The notes under the pieces: model-generated | What the model was told of the DNA's origin: nothing | The model's input: only the letters and a program-made list of their open reading frames with translations | The model's database searches: none | Shown here: positions 25,533 to 35,525 of the stretch, piece after piece | Layout of the letters: every line of letters starts with the position of its first letter | Position numbering within the stretch: the first letter of the stretch is position 1 | Position numbers and translations under genes: made by a program | Source: Gemmatimonadales bacterium | GTDB lineage: Bacteria > Gemmatimonadota > Gemmatimonadetes > Gemmatimonadales > GWC2-71-9 | NCBI GenBank assembly: GCA_035538515.1 | Contig: DATLKF010000018.1 | Coordinates: forward strand, 69,760 to 133,759 | Direction of reading: 5' to 3' | DNA length: 64,000 bases

Positions 25533-26772
25533 ATGGTCTCCACGTCCCCTTCGCTACCGCCGGCACGAAGTTCTCGAGCCCCGGTGGCGGGAAGTCCAGC
25601 GTCTTCCCTTGCTCGGCGCTCTGGTACGCCGTCATGAGGAGCTTCACGACCTCCAGTCCGTCATCGAAGGTGAGCTCCGGCTTCTCGCCCTTCAGGAACA
25701 CGCGCACGAAGTGGCGATCCTCGGCCTCGTAGCCGTATACCGCCGCTTCCCCGGTGACCACGGGCATCAACCCCATCTCGGCGTTCTGCTTCTCGACCAG
25801 GTCCTCGCCCGACCTGCCCTTCACCTCGCGACTGAAGAACAGCTTGAGGCCGGACTCGAGCGAGTTCCACGCCATCGAGTATTCGGGGCCGAGTAGCTCA
25901 GCCGACAGGCGCAACCCGGCGCCCACGAAGCTCCAGGACGTCGTGGCCTCGCCGAGGACGGTAGCGCCCTGGTCCGTCTTGAACTCGAGCATGACGCTCG
26001 CGAAGTCCTCGGACGGCCGCTTGGTGTAGTCCACGTCTTTCCCCATGGTCTTCTGGAGCTGGGCGGGGTAGGGTCCGTGCGACCACTTGAGGCTCGCGAT
26101 GTGGCCCGTGACCCGCACCGGCCGCACCGTGGATGCCGGCGCGCCGGGCTGCGTGAGCAGGTGCCGCACGACAAGGGCCGAGTGGCACATCATGTCGTTG
26201 AGCACGCCGCCACCCTGCAGCTCGCCGCGCCAGAACCACGGCATGTGCGGCCCGCTGTGCTCCTCGGCGGCGCGGGCGAGATACGGTCGCCCGGTGAGCG
26301 CGGCGCCGCGCGCCCACACGATGGCGCGGCCCTGCTCTACGGCAGGGGCGAACAGCTGGTTCTCGAGGTAGCCGTGCGCGATGCCGCCTTGTTTCACCAG
26401 CTCGATCACGCGCTGGGCTTCCTTCACGTTGCGCGCCAGGGGTTTCTCGCACGCGATGCCCTTGAGTGCGCCTTTGCCGCCGCGCACGGTCGCCGCGATC
26501 TCCTCGACGTTCTCGATGCGCGCGAAGTTCGGTCCGCACAGCCAGATCGCGTCGATCGCGGGGTCCGCCACCATCTCCGCGATCGAGGCGAATGCCTTCG
26601 CCTGACCGACATCGAGCCGGCGCGCGAGGCCGGCCATCTCCTGGGCTCGCTGCGTGCTCGGACTCCACACCCCGAGCACGTCGGCGTCGCGCACGGCCTG
26701 GAATGCCTGCAGGTGGAAGCGCGCGTTGAAGCCGCTCCCGACGAACCCGACGCCGAGTTGCTTGTCGGCCAT
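25531..26772 (-). CDS. Gfo/Idh/MocA-family NAD(P)-dependent oxidoreductase
   Basis: 413-aa ORF. The N-terminal Rossmann start is LGVGFVGSGFNARFHLQAF. The family-typical EKPLARNVKEA motif is present. Confidence 0.85.
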   Translation of the reverse strand: MADKQLGVGFVGSGFNARFHLQAFQAVRDADVLGVWSPSTQRAQEMAGLARRLDVGQAKAFASIAEMVADPAIDAIWLCGPNFARIENVEEIAATVRGGKGALKGIACEKPLARNVKEAQRVIELVKQGGIAHGYLENQLFAPAVEQGRAIVWARGAALTGRPYLARAAEEHSGPHMPWFWRGELQGGGVLNDMMCHSALVVRHLLTQPGAPASTVRPVRVTGHIASLKWSHGPYPAQLQKTMGKDVDYTKRPSEDFASVMLEFKTDQGATVLGEATTSWSFVGAGLRLSAELLGPEYSMAWNSLESGLKLFFSREVKGRSGEDLVEKQNAEMGLMPVVTGEAAVYGYEAEDRHFVRVFLKGEKPELTFDDGLEVVKLLMTAYQSAEQGKTLDFPPPGLENFVPAVAKGTWRP

Positions 26773-26775
26773 GAT

Positions 26776-27348
26776 TCAATAGCTCACGCCCAGCTTCGCG
26801 AGCGCTTCCGGCGGACAGCCCTTCCACTCGGCGACGAACGTGTTGCCGATGTAGCGCAGGTCTTGCACGCCCATGCGGCTGGAGAAGAACCCCGAGGCCG
26901 TCAGGTCGCGGAAGCTGTTGAAGAAGGCGACGCCCGCCGCGTGCTCGGGCTTGGCTCGCTTCGGCCAGGCGATGTCGTTCAGCACGCCCGTTCGCTCGGC
27001 ATCGCTCGCGGTGAGGAACGTCTTGCCGTAGCGGTCGTCACACTCGTGATCCAACCACGCCAGGCCGCCGCGGATCGGCGTCTCGAGGTCGCGATCGTCA
27101 CCCAGCATGAAGTCCATGAACTCGGGCACGCCGGCGTCGATCGCGCTGCCGGAGCGCTCGTCCTTGGGAATGATCAGGTCCACCAGCAGGCGCACGGTGT
27201 CCCACTCGTGCGGGGTGAAGTGCTTCGGCTCGTAGGCCCCCCACCCTCGGGCTTTCGCGGCGTACTCCGCGGCGCGCTGCACTTGCGCCGGAGTTAAGGC
27301 GAGTCCCGCAGCGCTGGCCAGTAGCTTGATGCTCTCGCGGCGTTTCAC
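26776..27348 (-). CDS. Gluconate 2-dehydrogenase subunit 3-family small Tat subunit
   Basis: The GTG at 27348 gives MKRRESIKLLASAAGLALTPAQ, a twin-arginine leader. The size (about 190 aa) and the position directly after a GMC flavoprotein fit the small hitch-hiker subunit of periplasmic sugar dehydrogenases. The track uses TTG 27360. Confidence 0.75.
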   Translation of the reverse strand: MKRRESIKLLASAAGLALTPAQVQRAAEYAAKARGWGAYEPKHFTPHEWDTVRLLVDLIIPKDERSGSAIDAGVPEFMDFMLGDDRDLETPIRGGLAWLDHECDDRYGKTFLTASDAERTGVLNDIAWPKRAKPEHAAGVAFFNSFRDLTASGFFSSRMGVQDLRYIGNTFVAEWKGCPPEALAKLGVSY

Positions 27349-27358
27349 GCCCCCCCCC

Positions 27359-27462
27359 AACGCGGAACGTGGAACGCGGAATGCGGAACGGACAGGAAGG
27401 GTCGTTCCGCGAGCGACGGTCGCGCTGCTGTTCCGCGTTCCGCGTTCCGCATTCCGCGTTCG
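27359..27462. repeat. Hairpin of tandem 7-nt units (AACGCGG family), locus E
   Basis: The left arm aacgcggaacgtggaacgcggaatgcggaacgg (27359-27391) faces the right arm ctgttccgcgttccgcgttccgcattccgcgttcg (27428-27462). It fills the whole spacer between the GMC stop (27464) and a G9 run that abuts the next start. Confidence 0.85.
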
Positions 27463-27463
27463 A

Positions 27464-29173
27464 TCACAGTTCCCCCTTTTTCATCCGGTCCGCGATGTAT
27501 TCGCTGGTCCGCATCGACAGTGCGAGGATCGTCCACGTGGGGTTCTTGTCGGCCTGCGACACGAACGGCCCGCCGTCGGCCACGAACAGGTTCTTGCAGT
27601 CGTGCGCCTGGCACCACCCGTTGACGACCGACGTCTTGGGATCGTCGCCCATGCGGGTACCGCCGAGCTCGTGGATGATCACGCCTCCCGCCGCGATACC
27701 GTACCCTCGCTCCGGCCCTGGCATCGGGGAGAACACCTCGCCCCCCATCTCCGCGATCAACGCCCGGAACGTCTCCTGCATGTGCTTCACCTGCTTGTAC
27801 TCGTGGTCCGACCACTTCCAGTGGAAGCGCAGTACGGGGATGCCCCAACGGTCCACGGTGTGGGGGTCGATCTCGCAGTACGTGTCGTCGTTGGGGATCA
27901 TCTCGCCGCGACCCGAGAAGCCGATGGTGGCGCCATAGTAGCTGCGGTAATCGTCCTTGAGCTGCTTGCCGTAGCCGCCGCCCGAGGGGTAGTGCTGAAT
28001 GCCGCCCCCGAAGCCGTATGACGGGACGTGCGTGCCGCCCCACACCTCGATGTGATAGCCGCGCGGGAAGTCCAGCTTCGCGTTCTCCAGCCACCACGGC
28101 ATGTAGAGGTGCATGCCGCCCACACCGTCGTGATTGTGCGGGACGGGGTTCATCATCTTCGGGATGAACCCGTTGACGTCGGTGCCGGTCGTGTCGGTGA
28201 TGTACTTTCCTACCGTGCCGCTGGCGTTGGCGACGCCGTTCGGGAACTGCGACGACCGCGAGTTCAGCAACAAGCGCGCCGACTCGAGGGCGCTGGCGGC
28301 GAGTACCACCACCTTCGCCTGGACGTGGCGATCGGCACCCGTCGTCTTGTCGACGTACGCGACGCCCGTCGCCCGGCCCGCCTTCACCGTCACCTCGCGC
28401 GCCATGGCGTTGGTCAGGAGCGTGAGCTTCCCGGTGGCGAGCGCGGGCGCGATCAGCACGTTGGTCGACGTGAAGTTCGCGTTTACCTTGCAGCCACGAT
28501 TGCATTGCCCGCAGTAGTGGCACGCGGCGCGGCCGTTCAAGGGGCGGGTGAGGATCGAGAGCCGGGCGGGGATACAGGTGATGTGCAGCCGATCCGCCGC
28601 TTGCTTCACGAGCAGCTCGTGACAGCGGGGGCGTGGCGGAGGCAGGAAGATCCCGTTCGGCTCGTTGGGGAGACGCTCGTTCGAGCCGAACACGCCGATC
28701 AGCCGATCGATCTTGTCGTAGTAAGGAGCGATGTCGTCGTAGGAGATCGGCCAGTCGTCCCCCAGGCCGTCCCGGCTTTTGCGCTTGAAGTCATACGGCC
28801 CGAATCGCAGGGAAATGCGGCCCCAGTGGTTGGTCCGGCCCCCCACCATGCGGGCCCGCCACCAGCTGAACTCGGTGCCCGGGGCGCGGGTGTACGGCTC
28901 GCCCGGGATCTCCCATCCGCCGATGCAGGCGTCGAACTCGCCGAACGGCCGCTCATCCGTGGATTTCCCCCGACGCGGCGACTCGTAGGGCCACGTGAGC
29001 ATGGCCGAGTCCTTGGCGTTGTCCCAGGGCTGGCCTGCCTCGAGCACCACCACGTCCGCGCCCGCCTGCGTGAGCGCATACGCGGCCATGCCGCCTCCGG
29101 CGCCCGACCCGACGATGCAGACGTCGTAGACTCGGGATTGGGGGCGCGGGGATCGGGGCTCGGGGGTCGACAT
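27464..29173 (-). CDS. GMC-family FAD oxidoreductase (glycoside/sugar 3-dehydrogenase-like large subunit)
   Basis: YDVCIVGSGAGGGMAAYALTQAGADVVVLEAG is the FAD fold. The C-terminal GMC region HELGGTRMGDDPKTSVVNGWCQAHDCKNLFVADGGPF is present. Confidence 0.9.
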   Translation of the reverse strand: MSTPEPRSPRPQSRVYDVCIVGSGAGGGMAAYALTQAGADVVVLEAGQPWDNAKDSAMLTWPYESPRRGKSTDERPFGEFDACIGGWEIPGEPYTRAPGTEFSWWRARMVGGRTNHWGRISLRFGPYDFKRKSRDGLGDDWPISYDDIAPYYDKIDRLIGVFGSNERLPNEPNGIFLPPPRPRCHELLVKQAADRLHITCIPARLSILTRPLNGRAACHYCGQCNRGCKVNANFTSTNVLIAPALATGKLTLLTNAMAREVTVKAGRATGVAYVDKTTGADRHVQAKVVVLAASALESARLLLNSRSSQFPNGVANASGTVGKYITDTTGTDVNGFIPKMMNPVPHNHDGVGGMHLYMPWWLENAKLDFPRGYHIEVWGGTHVPSYGFGGGIQHYPSGGGYGKQLKDDYRSYYGATIGFSGRGEMIPNDDTYCEIDPHTVDRWGIPVLRFHWKWSDHEYKQVKHMQETFRALIAEMGGEVFSPMPGPERGYGIAAGGVIIHELGGTRMGDDPKTSVVNGWCQAHDCKNLFVADGGPFVSQADKNPTWTILALSMRTSEYIADRMKKGEL

Positions 29174-29187
29174 GGGCGTTGGGCTGG

Positions 29188-30107
<920 letters not shown>

Positions 30108-30108
<1 letters not shown>

Positions 30109-30953
30109 CAGAATTCGAGCTTCTTCAAGTACTCGCAGCTCGCGCGGATTGACTCGAACGGGTTCGCCGGCTGGTCGTGTTCGACGAAGAAGTGCTTGAT
30201 CCCCGCCTGGTCTTCCCGCGCGAAGATGCGCTTCCAGTCGATCGTGCCGGCCCCGACGGCGGCCATCTTGTTGTCGGGCGGGCCCATCGAGTCCTTGACG
30301 TGCACCATCGGAAAACGGCCGGGCCAGCGCGCGAAGTATGCCAGCGGATCCTGGCCGCCCTTCGTGATCCAGTAGAGGTCCATCTCCATCTGGACCAGCT
30401 TGGGATCGGTTTCCGCGAGCAGGATGTCGTACGGCAGCTTGCCCTCCACCGTCGTGAACTCGAAGTCGTGGTTGTGATAGGCGAACTGGAGCCCCGCCGC
30501 GTGCGCCTGCTCCGCCTTCTGGTTGAAGTCGCCCGCGATCTTCTTATAGCCGTCGACGCCGGTGCGCATCTCCACCGGAATCCAGGGGATCACAACGTAG
30601 CGGTGGCCGATCACGTGCGCCGCGTCCAGGGCCTCGTGCCACGCGTCGGGCGCGGCGGACCCGAAGTGCGCCGACGGGGCCGTCAGGCCGTGCCGGTCGA
30701 GCATCGCGCGTATGTCGGCCGGCTTCTTGTCGAAGTAGCCTGCGAACTCGACTTCCGTGTAGCCGGTGGCGGCCACCCGCGCCAGCGTCGCCTCGACGTC
30801 CTTCTTCATCTCGTCGCGCACGGTGTAGAGCTGCAGCCCGACGCGGTTCACCTTTCGAGGGGCTAGGGACTTGGGGCTCGGGGCTAGGGAAGGAAAGGCG
30901 TACGCCAGTACTGTCGCACCGAGTTTCTTCGTAAAATCGCGTCGAGTGGTCAT
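30108..30953 (-). CDS. Exported sugar phosphate isomerase/epimerase (xylose-isomerase-like TIM barrel)
   Basis: It starts MTTRRDFTKKLGATVLAYAFPSLA, then LQLYTVRDEM, GYTEVEFAG, YHNHDFEF and FFVEHD. Confidence 0.85.
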
Positions 30954-31005
30954 CGTCTTATTCTCCCTAGTCCCTAGCCCCTAGCTCCTAGCCCCGAACC
31001 CCGAC
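30857..31005. repeat. Inverted arrays of 7-nt units (GGGCTAG/GGGCTCG family) spanning RBS, start codon and signal peptide, locus G
   Basis: gaggggctagggacttggggctcggggctagggaagg (30857-30893, coding for PSLAPSPKSLAP) faces ctccctagtccctagcccctagctcctagccccgaaccccgac (30963-31005, the 5-prime UTR including the SD gggag). The ATG at 30953 sits in the loop. Confidence 0.8.
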
Positions 31006-31048
31006 AAGATCAGTCCGTTTCGGGTGGTTCGCCAGCGGCGCGCAGCCG

Positions 31049-31076
31049 TTGACAGGCCGCCGGGCCTCTGTATGTT
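31049..31076 (+). promoter_or_regulatory. Candidate sigma70-type promoter of argG-argH
   Basis: TTGACA (31049-31054), a 16-nt spacer, then TATGTT (31071-31076). It lies about 40 nt upstream of the argG ATG, which has the SD ggaggg. Confidence 0.5.
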
Positions 31077-31097
31077 TATGCATCACGCTGCATAAAC
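31074..31097 (+). promoter_or_regulatory. Candidate ArgR operator (ARG-box-like palindrome)
   Basis: gtttatgca-tcacgc-tgcataaac is a perfect 9-6-9 inverted repeat. It is AT-rich in a GC-rich genome, overlaps the -10 region, and carries TATGCA/TGCATA half-sites similar to ARG-box halves. Confidence 0.5.
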
Positions 31098-31114
31098 CTA
31101 CGGAGGGCGCGCAC

Positions 31115-32347
31115 ATGGGGCCGTTGGTGGTTCTCGCGTACTCGGGTGGACTCGATACCTCGGCCATCGTGCCCTGGTTGCGCGAGCGGTACGGGGCGAG
31201 GGTCCTCTGCTTCGCCGCCGACGTCGGCCAGGGTCCGGGAGAGCTGAACGGCTTGGTCGAAAAGGCGAAGCGCTCCGGCGCCGGCGACTGTGTGATCGCG
31301 GACCTGCGAGAAGAATTCGTGCGCGACTTCGTGTTCCCCACGCTGCGCGCCGGTGCCGTGTACGCCCGCACCTACCTGCTCGGCACCGCGATGGCCCGGC
31401 CAATCATGGCGGCGCACCACGTGGCGCTGGCCCAGCAGGTGGGCGCGGAGGCGCTCGCCCACGGCTGCACCGGTAAAGGCAACGATCAGGTTCGCTTCGA
31501 GCTCACCTACGCCGCCCTGGCCCCCGACCTCAAGGTCATCGCGCCCTGGCGGGAGTGGCAGTTCAAGGGCCGCGAAGACCTGATCGCCTACGTGAAGGCG
31601 AAGGGCGTGCCGGTACAGGCGACCGTTGAAAAGCCGTACTCCACCGACCGCAATCTCTGGCACTGCTCACACGAAGGCGGCATCCTGGAGGATCCGGCGC
31701 GCGAGCCCCCCGAGCACATCTTCGTCATCACGAAGGACCCGCTAGAAGCCCCAGACCTGCCGCGGGTGGTCGAGATCGAGTTCGCCGAGGGCACCCCGGT
31801 GGCGGTGGACCGAGTGCCGCTCGGCCCGGTGGAGCTGCTCGAGACGCTGAACGAAATCGCGGGCGAGCACGGCGTGGGCCGGGCGGACGTGGTCGAGGAT
31901 CGCCTCGTGGGCATGAAGTCGCGTGGCGTGTACGAGACCCCCGGCGGCACGCTGCTGCACGCCGCCCATCGCGAGCTGGAGCAGCTGGTGCTCGACCGCC
32001 GTACCCTGCGGCTCAAGGACGAGCTGGCACTGCGGTACGCCGACCTCGTGTACGACGGGCGCTGGTGGACACCAGAGCGGGAGGCGCTCGACGCGGCGGT
32101 CGCGAGCACGCAGCGGCACGTGACCGGCATCGTGCGGCTCAAGCTGTATAAGGGCGGCCTCACCGTCGCGGGACGCGAGAGCCCGTACGCGCTGTATCAG
32201 CCGTCCTACGCGACGTTCGGCAAGGACAACGTCTACAACCAGCAAGACGCCGAAGGCTTCATCCACCTGTACGGTCTGTCGATCAAGATCGGGGCGGGGT
32301 TGGAGGCGGCGCGTCGACAACAGGAAGTCGGCGCCGCGGTGGACTGA
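31115..32347 (+). CDS. argG: Argininosuccinate synthase
   Basis: [22 protein letters not shown] is the ATP pyrophosphatase motif. [15 protein letters not shown] and SxDxNLWH ([15 protein letters not shown]) are also present. Confidence 0.9.
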   Translation: MGPLVVLAYSGGLDTSAIVPWLRERYGARVLCFAADVGQGPGELNGLVEKAKRSGAGDCVIADLREEFVRDFVFPTLRAGAVYARTYLLGTAMARPIMAAHHVALAQQVGAEALAHGCTGKGNDQVRFELTYAALAPDLKVIAPWREWQFKGREDLIAYVKAKGVPVQATVEKPYSTDRNLWHCSHEGGILEDPAREPPEHIFVITKDPLEAPDLPRVVEIEFAEGTPVAVDRVPLGPVELLETLNEIAGEHGVGRADVVEDRLVGMKSRGVYETPGGTLLHAAHRELEQLVLDRRTLRLKDELALRYADLVYDGRWWTPEREALDAAVASTQRHVTGIVRLKLYKGGLTVAGRESPYALYQPSYATFGKDNVYNQQDAEGFIHLYGLSIKIGAGLEAARRQQEVGAAVD

Positions 32348-33759
32348 TGCCTCCTTCGACGACCTCAGCCGACGCCCCTCACCAGATGTGGGGCGGTCGG
32401 TTCGCTGTCGGGCCCGGCGAGGCGCTCGACGCGCTGAACCGCAGCTTGCCCGTAGACCATCGCCTATGGCCGCAGGACGTGACCGCGAGCAAGGCATGGG
32501 TGCATGCGCTCGGGCGCGTCGTGGTGCTCACGCCCAACGAGGAGGCGCAGCTGCTCGACGGGCTGGACCGCGTCGCGGAGCGACTCGCCGACGGCGCCGC
32601 CGTGGGAGCGCCCGATGAGGACGTCCACACGCTGGTCGAGCGGTTGTTGTATGAGGACGTGGGCGCGCTGGCGGGCAAGCTGCACACTGGCCGGTCCCGC
32701 AACGACCAGGTGGCGACCGATCTGCGGTTGTGGACACTCGACGCGATCGACCTGCTGGATTCCGACCTCTGCCTCCTGGGTCGGTCGCTCATGACGCGCG
32801 CGCAAGAGGGCATCGATCTCCTGCTTCCGGGATACACGCACGGCCAGCGCGCCCAGCCGGTGCGCTGGGGCTATGTGCTGCTGGCGCATGCCTGGCCGCT
32901 AGTGCGGGACCGCCAACGTCTCGCGGATGCCCGGCGGCGTGTGGCGGAGCTACCGCTCGGGTCCGGGGCGCTCGCAGGCTCGGGGTTCGCCGTCGACCGG
33001 GTGCTCTTAAAAGAGGCGCTCGGCTTCCGCTCGGTCTCTGCGAACGCCCTGGACGCGACCGGCGATCGGGACTTCGTGGCCGAAGTGCTGTTCACCCTCG
33101 CCCTCGTGGGCACGCACGTCTCGCGTCTCGCCGCCGAGCTGGTGCTGTACGCGAGCGCGGAGTTCGGCTTCGTGCGCCTGGCGGACGAGTTCAGCACCGG
33201 CTCGAGCCTGCTGCCGCAGAAACGCAACCCGGACGTGTTCGAGCTGGCGCGAGCGAAATCGGGACGCCTGTTGGGTGACCTGGTCGCGCTGCTCACGACG
33301 CTCAAGGGTCTTCCGGCGGGATACAGCAAGGATTTACAGGAGGACAAGGCCCTGCTGTTCGATGCGTTCGACACTCTGGCCCTCGTGCTGCCCGCGGCCG
33401 CCGGCGCCGTCGCGACGCTGAGCGTCGATGCCGCGCGCATGCGCGGCGCGCTCGACGCCTCGCTCCGCGCCACTGACCTGGCCGATGTCCTGGTCGAGGC
33501 GGGTGTGCCGTTCCGGGAGAGTCACGGCTTGGTGGGCCGGCTGGTCCGAGAGGCCGAGCGGTGCGGTGTGCCGCTCGATCAGGTCCCGGCTGCCGTCGCG
33601 GCGGCGATCCACCCGGCACTGGGCGGCGCGCTGTCGCAGCTTGGCACGTGGGAGGATTCAGTGGAGAGCCGGGCGACCCCCGGAGGGGCTGCCCGGCAGT
33701 CGGTGGTGCAGCAAATCGAGGCGCTGCGGGCCGCATTCACCGAGGGCGGAGGGGCTTAA
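32347..33759 (+). CDS. argH: Argininosuccinate lyase
   Basis: MWGGRFAVGP..., HTGRSRNDQVATDLRLW, and the fumarate-lyase signature GSSLLPQKRNPDVFE. Confidence 0.9.
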   Translation: MPPSTTSADAPHQMWGGRFAVGPGEALDALNRSLPVDHRLWPQDVTASKAWVHALGRVVVLTPNEEAQLLDGLDRVAERLADGAAVGAPDEDVHTLVERLLYEDVGALAGKLHTGRSRNDQVATDLRLWTLDAIDLLDSDLCLLGRSLMTRAQEGIDLLLPGYTHGQRAQPVRWGYVLLAHAWPLVRDRQRLADARRRVAELPLGSGALAGSGFAVDRVLLKEALGFRSVSANALDATGDRDFVAEVLFTLALVGTHVSRLAAELVLYASAEFGFVRLADEFSTGSSLLPQKRNPDVFELARAKSGRLLGDLVALLTTLKGLPAGYSKDLQEDKALLFDAFDTLALVLPAAAGAVATLSVDAARMRGALDASLRATDLADVLVEAGVPFRESHGLVGRLVREAERCGVPLDQVPAAVAAAIHPALGGALSQLGTWEDSVESRATPGGAARQSVVQQIEALRAAFTEGGGA

Positions 33760-33801
33760 CCCAAGGTCTTGCCGCGCCTTAGCTTGTTGTGTAGCATACG
33801 T

Positions 33802-33838
33802 GGCCGTCTCGTCGTTGCCGGCGAGACGGCCGCTTTTT
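33802..33838 (+). terminator. Intrinsic terminator after argH
   Basis: ggccgtctcg / cgagacggcc forms a perfect 10-bp stem with a 10-nt loop, followed by gcttttt. Confidence 0.75.
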
Positions 33839-33853
33839 CGTGGGGAGAGTTGC

Positions 33854-34402
33854 GTGCGCTGCCTGGCGCTCAATGCATCGTTCGAGCCGCTCACCATGGT
33901 GCCCGTGCGGCGGGCGCTCCGGCTCGTCATTGACCACAAGGCGGAGATCGTCGAAGCGGACGGCTCCGTCGTGCACAGCGAGCGGCTGGCCATTCCACGG
34001 CCAGCCGTGATCCGGTTGGTGAAGTTCGTGCACGTTCCCCGCCGCTTCCGTCGCCAAGTCACCAACACGTTCCTCTTCGCCCGCGACAACTACCGTTGCC
34101 AGTTTTGCGGCCGGAGCCAGCCGGAGCTCCGTCATCGCGAGTGCCTCACCCGCGATCACCTGGTGCCGCTGTCCCGGGGCGGGACCAACGCCTGGACGAA
34201 CGTGCTTACGGCCTGCTCGAGCTGTAACACGCGCAAGGGGAACCTCCTCCCCGAGGAGGCGGGCATGCATCCGGTGCGGCCGCCGTTCGAGCCGCACTTC
34301 GTGCACCTGGCCTGGGCCGTCCGTCGTCTCACGTCCATCCAGTCCAAGTACATTCGGCTGTTTTACGGCAGCGAGGTGCTCGCGACCCTCGAGGCGTTGT
34401 GA
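33854..34402 (+). CDS. HNH endonuclease
   Basis: The GTG at 33854 follows the SD ggggagag. The HNH core is YRCQFCGR...LTRDHLVPLSRGGTNAWTNVLTACSSCNTRKG. Confidence 0.8.
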   Translation: MRCLALNASFEPLTMVPVRRALRLVIDHKAEIVEADGSVVHSERLAIPRPAVIRLVKFVHVPRRFRRQVTNTFLFARDNYRCQFCGRSQPELRHRECLTRDHLVPLSRGGTNAWTNVLTACSSCNTRKGNLLPEEAGMHPVRPPFEPHFVHLAWAVRRLTSIQSKYIRLFYGSEVLATLEAL

Positions 34403-34800
34403 GCCAGAAGTGGCCGTGGATCGTCGCGGGCGTCGCCGCAGCTGCCGTGGCCGCCGTGCTCTCGGTGAAGGGCGCAGGAGGCGCCGTCGCGCACCCCGAC
34501 CCTCGGCCCGGGGTGACGGCCGAGCGCGTCTTGCCGCCCAGCCTGGTGCCCAACACGCCCGGAGCGGCCGAAGCGTACGCGGCGGCACGCGCCGTGCCTC
34601 ACGTGCTCGACGGGATACATTGTCACTGCGAGTGCGCCAAGCACTTCGGGCACCGCTCGCTGCTCACCTGCTTCGAGTCCGATCACGGATCGCACTGCGA
34701 CATCTGCATGGGTGAGGCCGCGCTCGCGGTCGGCCTCGCGTCGCACGGCACCCCGCTCGACGCCATCCGCCACGCCATCGACCAGCGGTTCGGCTCCTAG
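34399..34800 (+). CDS. Membrane-anchored Cys/His-rich protein (PCYCGC-like motif cluster)
   Basis: 4-nt overlap with the HNH gene. It has an N-terminal TM helix WPWIVAGVAAAAVAAVL, then HCHCECAKHFGHRSLLTCFESDHGSHCDIC. The family assignment is tentative. Confidence 0.6.
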   Translation: MSQKWPWIVAGVAAAAVAAVLSVKGAGGAVAHPDPRPGVTAERVLPPSLVPNTPGAAEAYAAARAVPHVLDGIHCHCECAKHFGHRSLLTCFESDHGSHCDICMGEAALAVGLASHGTPLDAIRHAIDQRFGS

Positions 34801-34836
34801 CGCCGTTCCAACTTGTTCTCCCGAATGATGGTGAAC

Positions 34837-34904
34837 GCCCTCGCGTGTAAAGCGCCCGAGCGTCCCACTCCAGCACGACGTTCCCGTTCTGCAGCGATTC
34901 CCTC
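34837..34904. mobile_element. Solo arm (half copy) of the MITE-like element
   Basis: gccctcgcgtgtaaagcgcccgagcgtcccactccagcacgacgttcccgttctgcagcgattccctc aligns with the right arm of copy 1 (gccttcgcgtgtaaagcgcccgagcgtcccaccccagccccacgcgacttgggcagagattccct). Confidence 0.6.
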
Positions 34905-34906
34905 GC

Positions 34907-35524
34907 TCACTTCGCGGCCGGCACGCTGAACATCTCCGACCGTGTCTCCAGGGCGAGGCGCGGGAGGCCGGCGATCCGCACGAACAGCCGCTGGGCACCG
35001 CGGGCCAGCGCGCCGCCCACGTCGCCGCCGCCCGAGACCGCGGGGCTGACGTCTCCCTTCAGCCAGCGGGTCAACTCCTGCAAGTCGGTGTCGTTTAGCG
35101 TTGTCACTTCGAGCCGGCACAGGAAGTAGAAATTCCCCGGGCCCTGAACCTTGCGGGTCACGCGGTAGGGCAGCTCGAGGGCGCGCTCCAGGTCGTCCGG
35201 CGTGCCGTACCGCGCCACGGTGCCGCCGGTGCGGAGCAGCACGAAGTCGTCGGCGAGCGGGTCATGACGCGCGACCGCGTCCCAGGAGGCGTCGTTCAAG
35301 TGTTGGTCGAACCATCCGGAGCGCTCGCGCCACAGCTCCAAGCGGTAATGCAGGCGGAGCGGAAACCCCGACCGCATCAGGGCGGCGAACTTGCCGTCGC
35401 TCAGGAGTCCGGTGGTCTGGACGCGGGTGACGCCGCTCTGGAGCAAGATGGTCAATGCGGGCGTTTGCGCGGTGGTGGGGGGAGCCGCGCCCAGCAACGT
35501 TAGGAACGCAAGGCCCGCCCTCAC
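34907..35524 (-). CDS. DUF4390-like exported protein
   Basis: It has a signal peptide. FPLRLHYRLELWRERSGWFDQHLNDASWDAVARHDPLADDFVL resembles the DUF4390 pattern, a family I recall being linked to NtrY/NtrX-type two-component loci. Confidence 0.6.
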   Translation of the reverse strand: MRAGLAFLTLLGAAPPTTAQTPALTILLQSGVTRVQTTGLLSDGKFAALMRSGFPLRLHYRLELWRERSGWFDQHLNDASWDAVARHDPLADDFVLLRTGGTVARYGTPDDLERALELPYRVTRKVQGPGNFYFLCRLEVTTLNDTDLQELTRWLKGDVSPAVSGGGDVGGALARGAQRLFVRIAGLPRLALETRSEMFSVPAAK

Positions 35525-35525
35525 C

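Noticed and set aside
30857-31005. The GGGCTAG/CCCTAGC arrays as telomere-like or replication-origin repeats.
   Set aside because: The arrays are short (3-6 units), occur as inverted pairs at many gene junctions, and are partly translated. There is no dnaA, DnaA boxes or terminal context.
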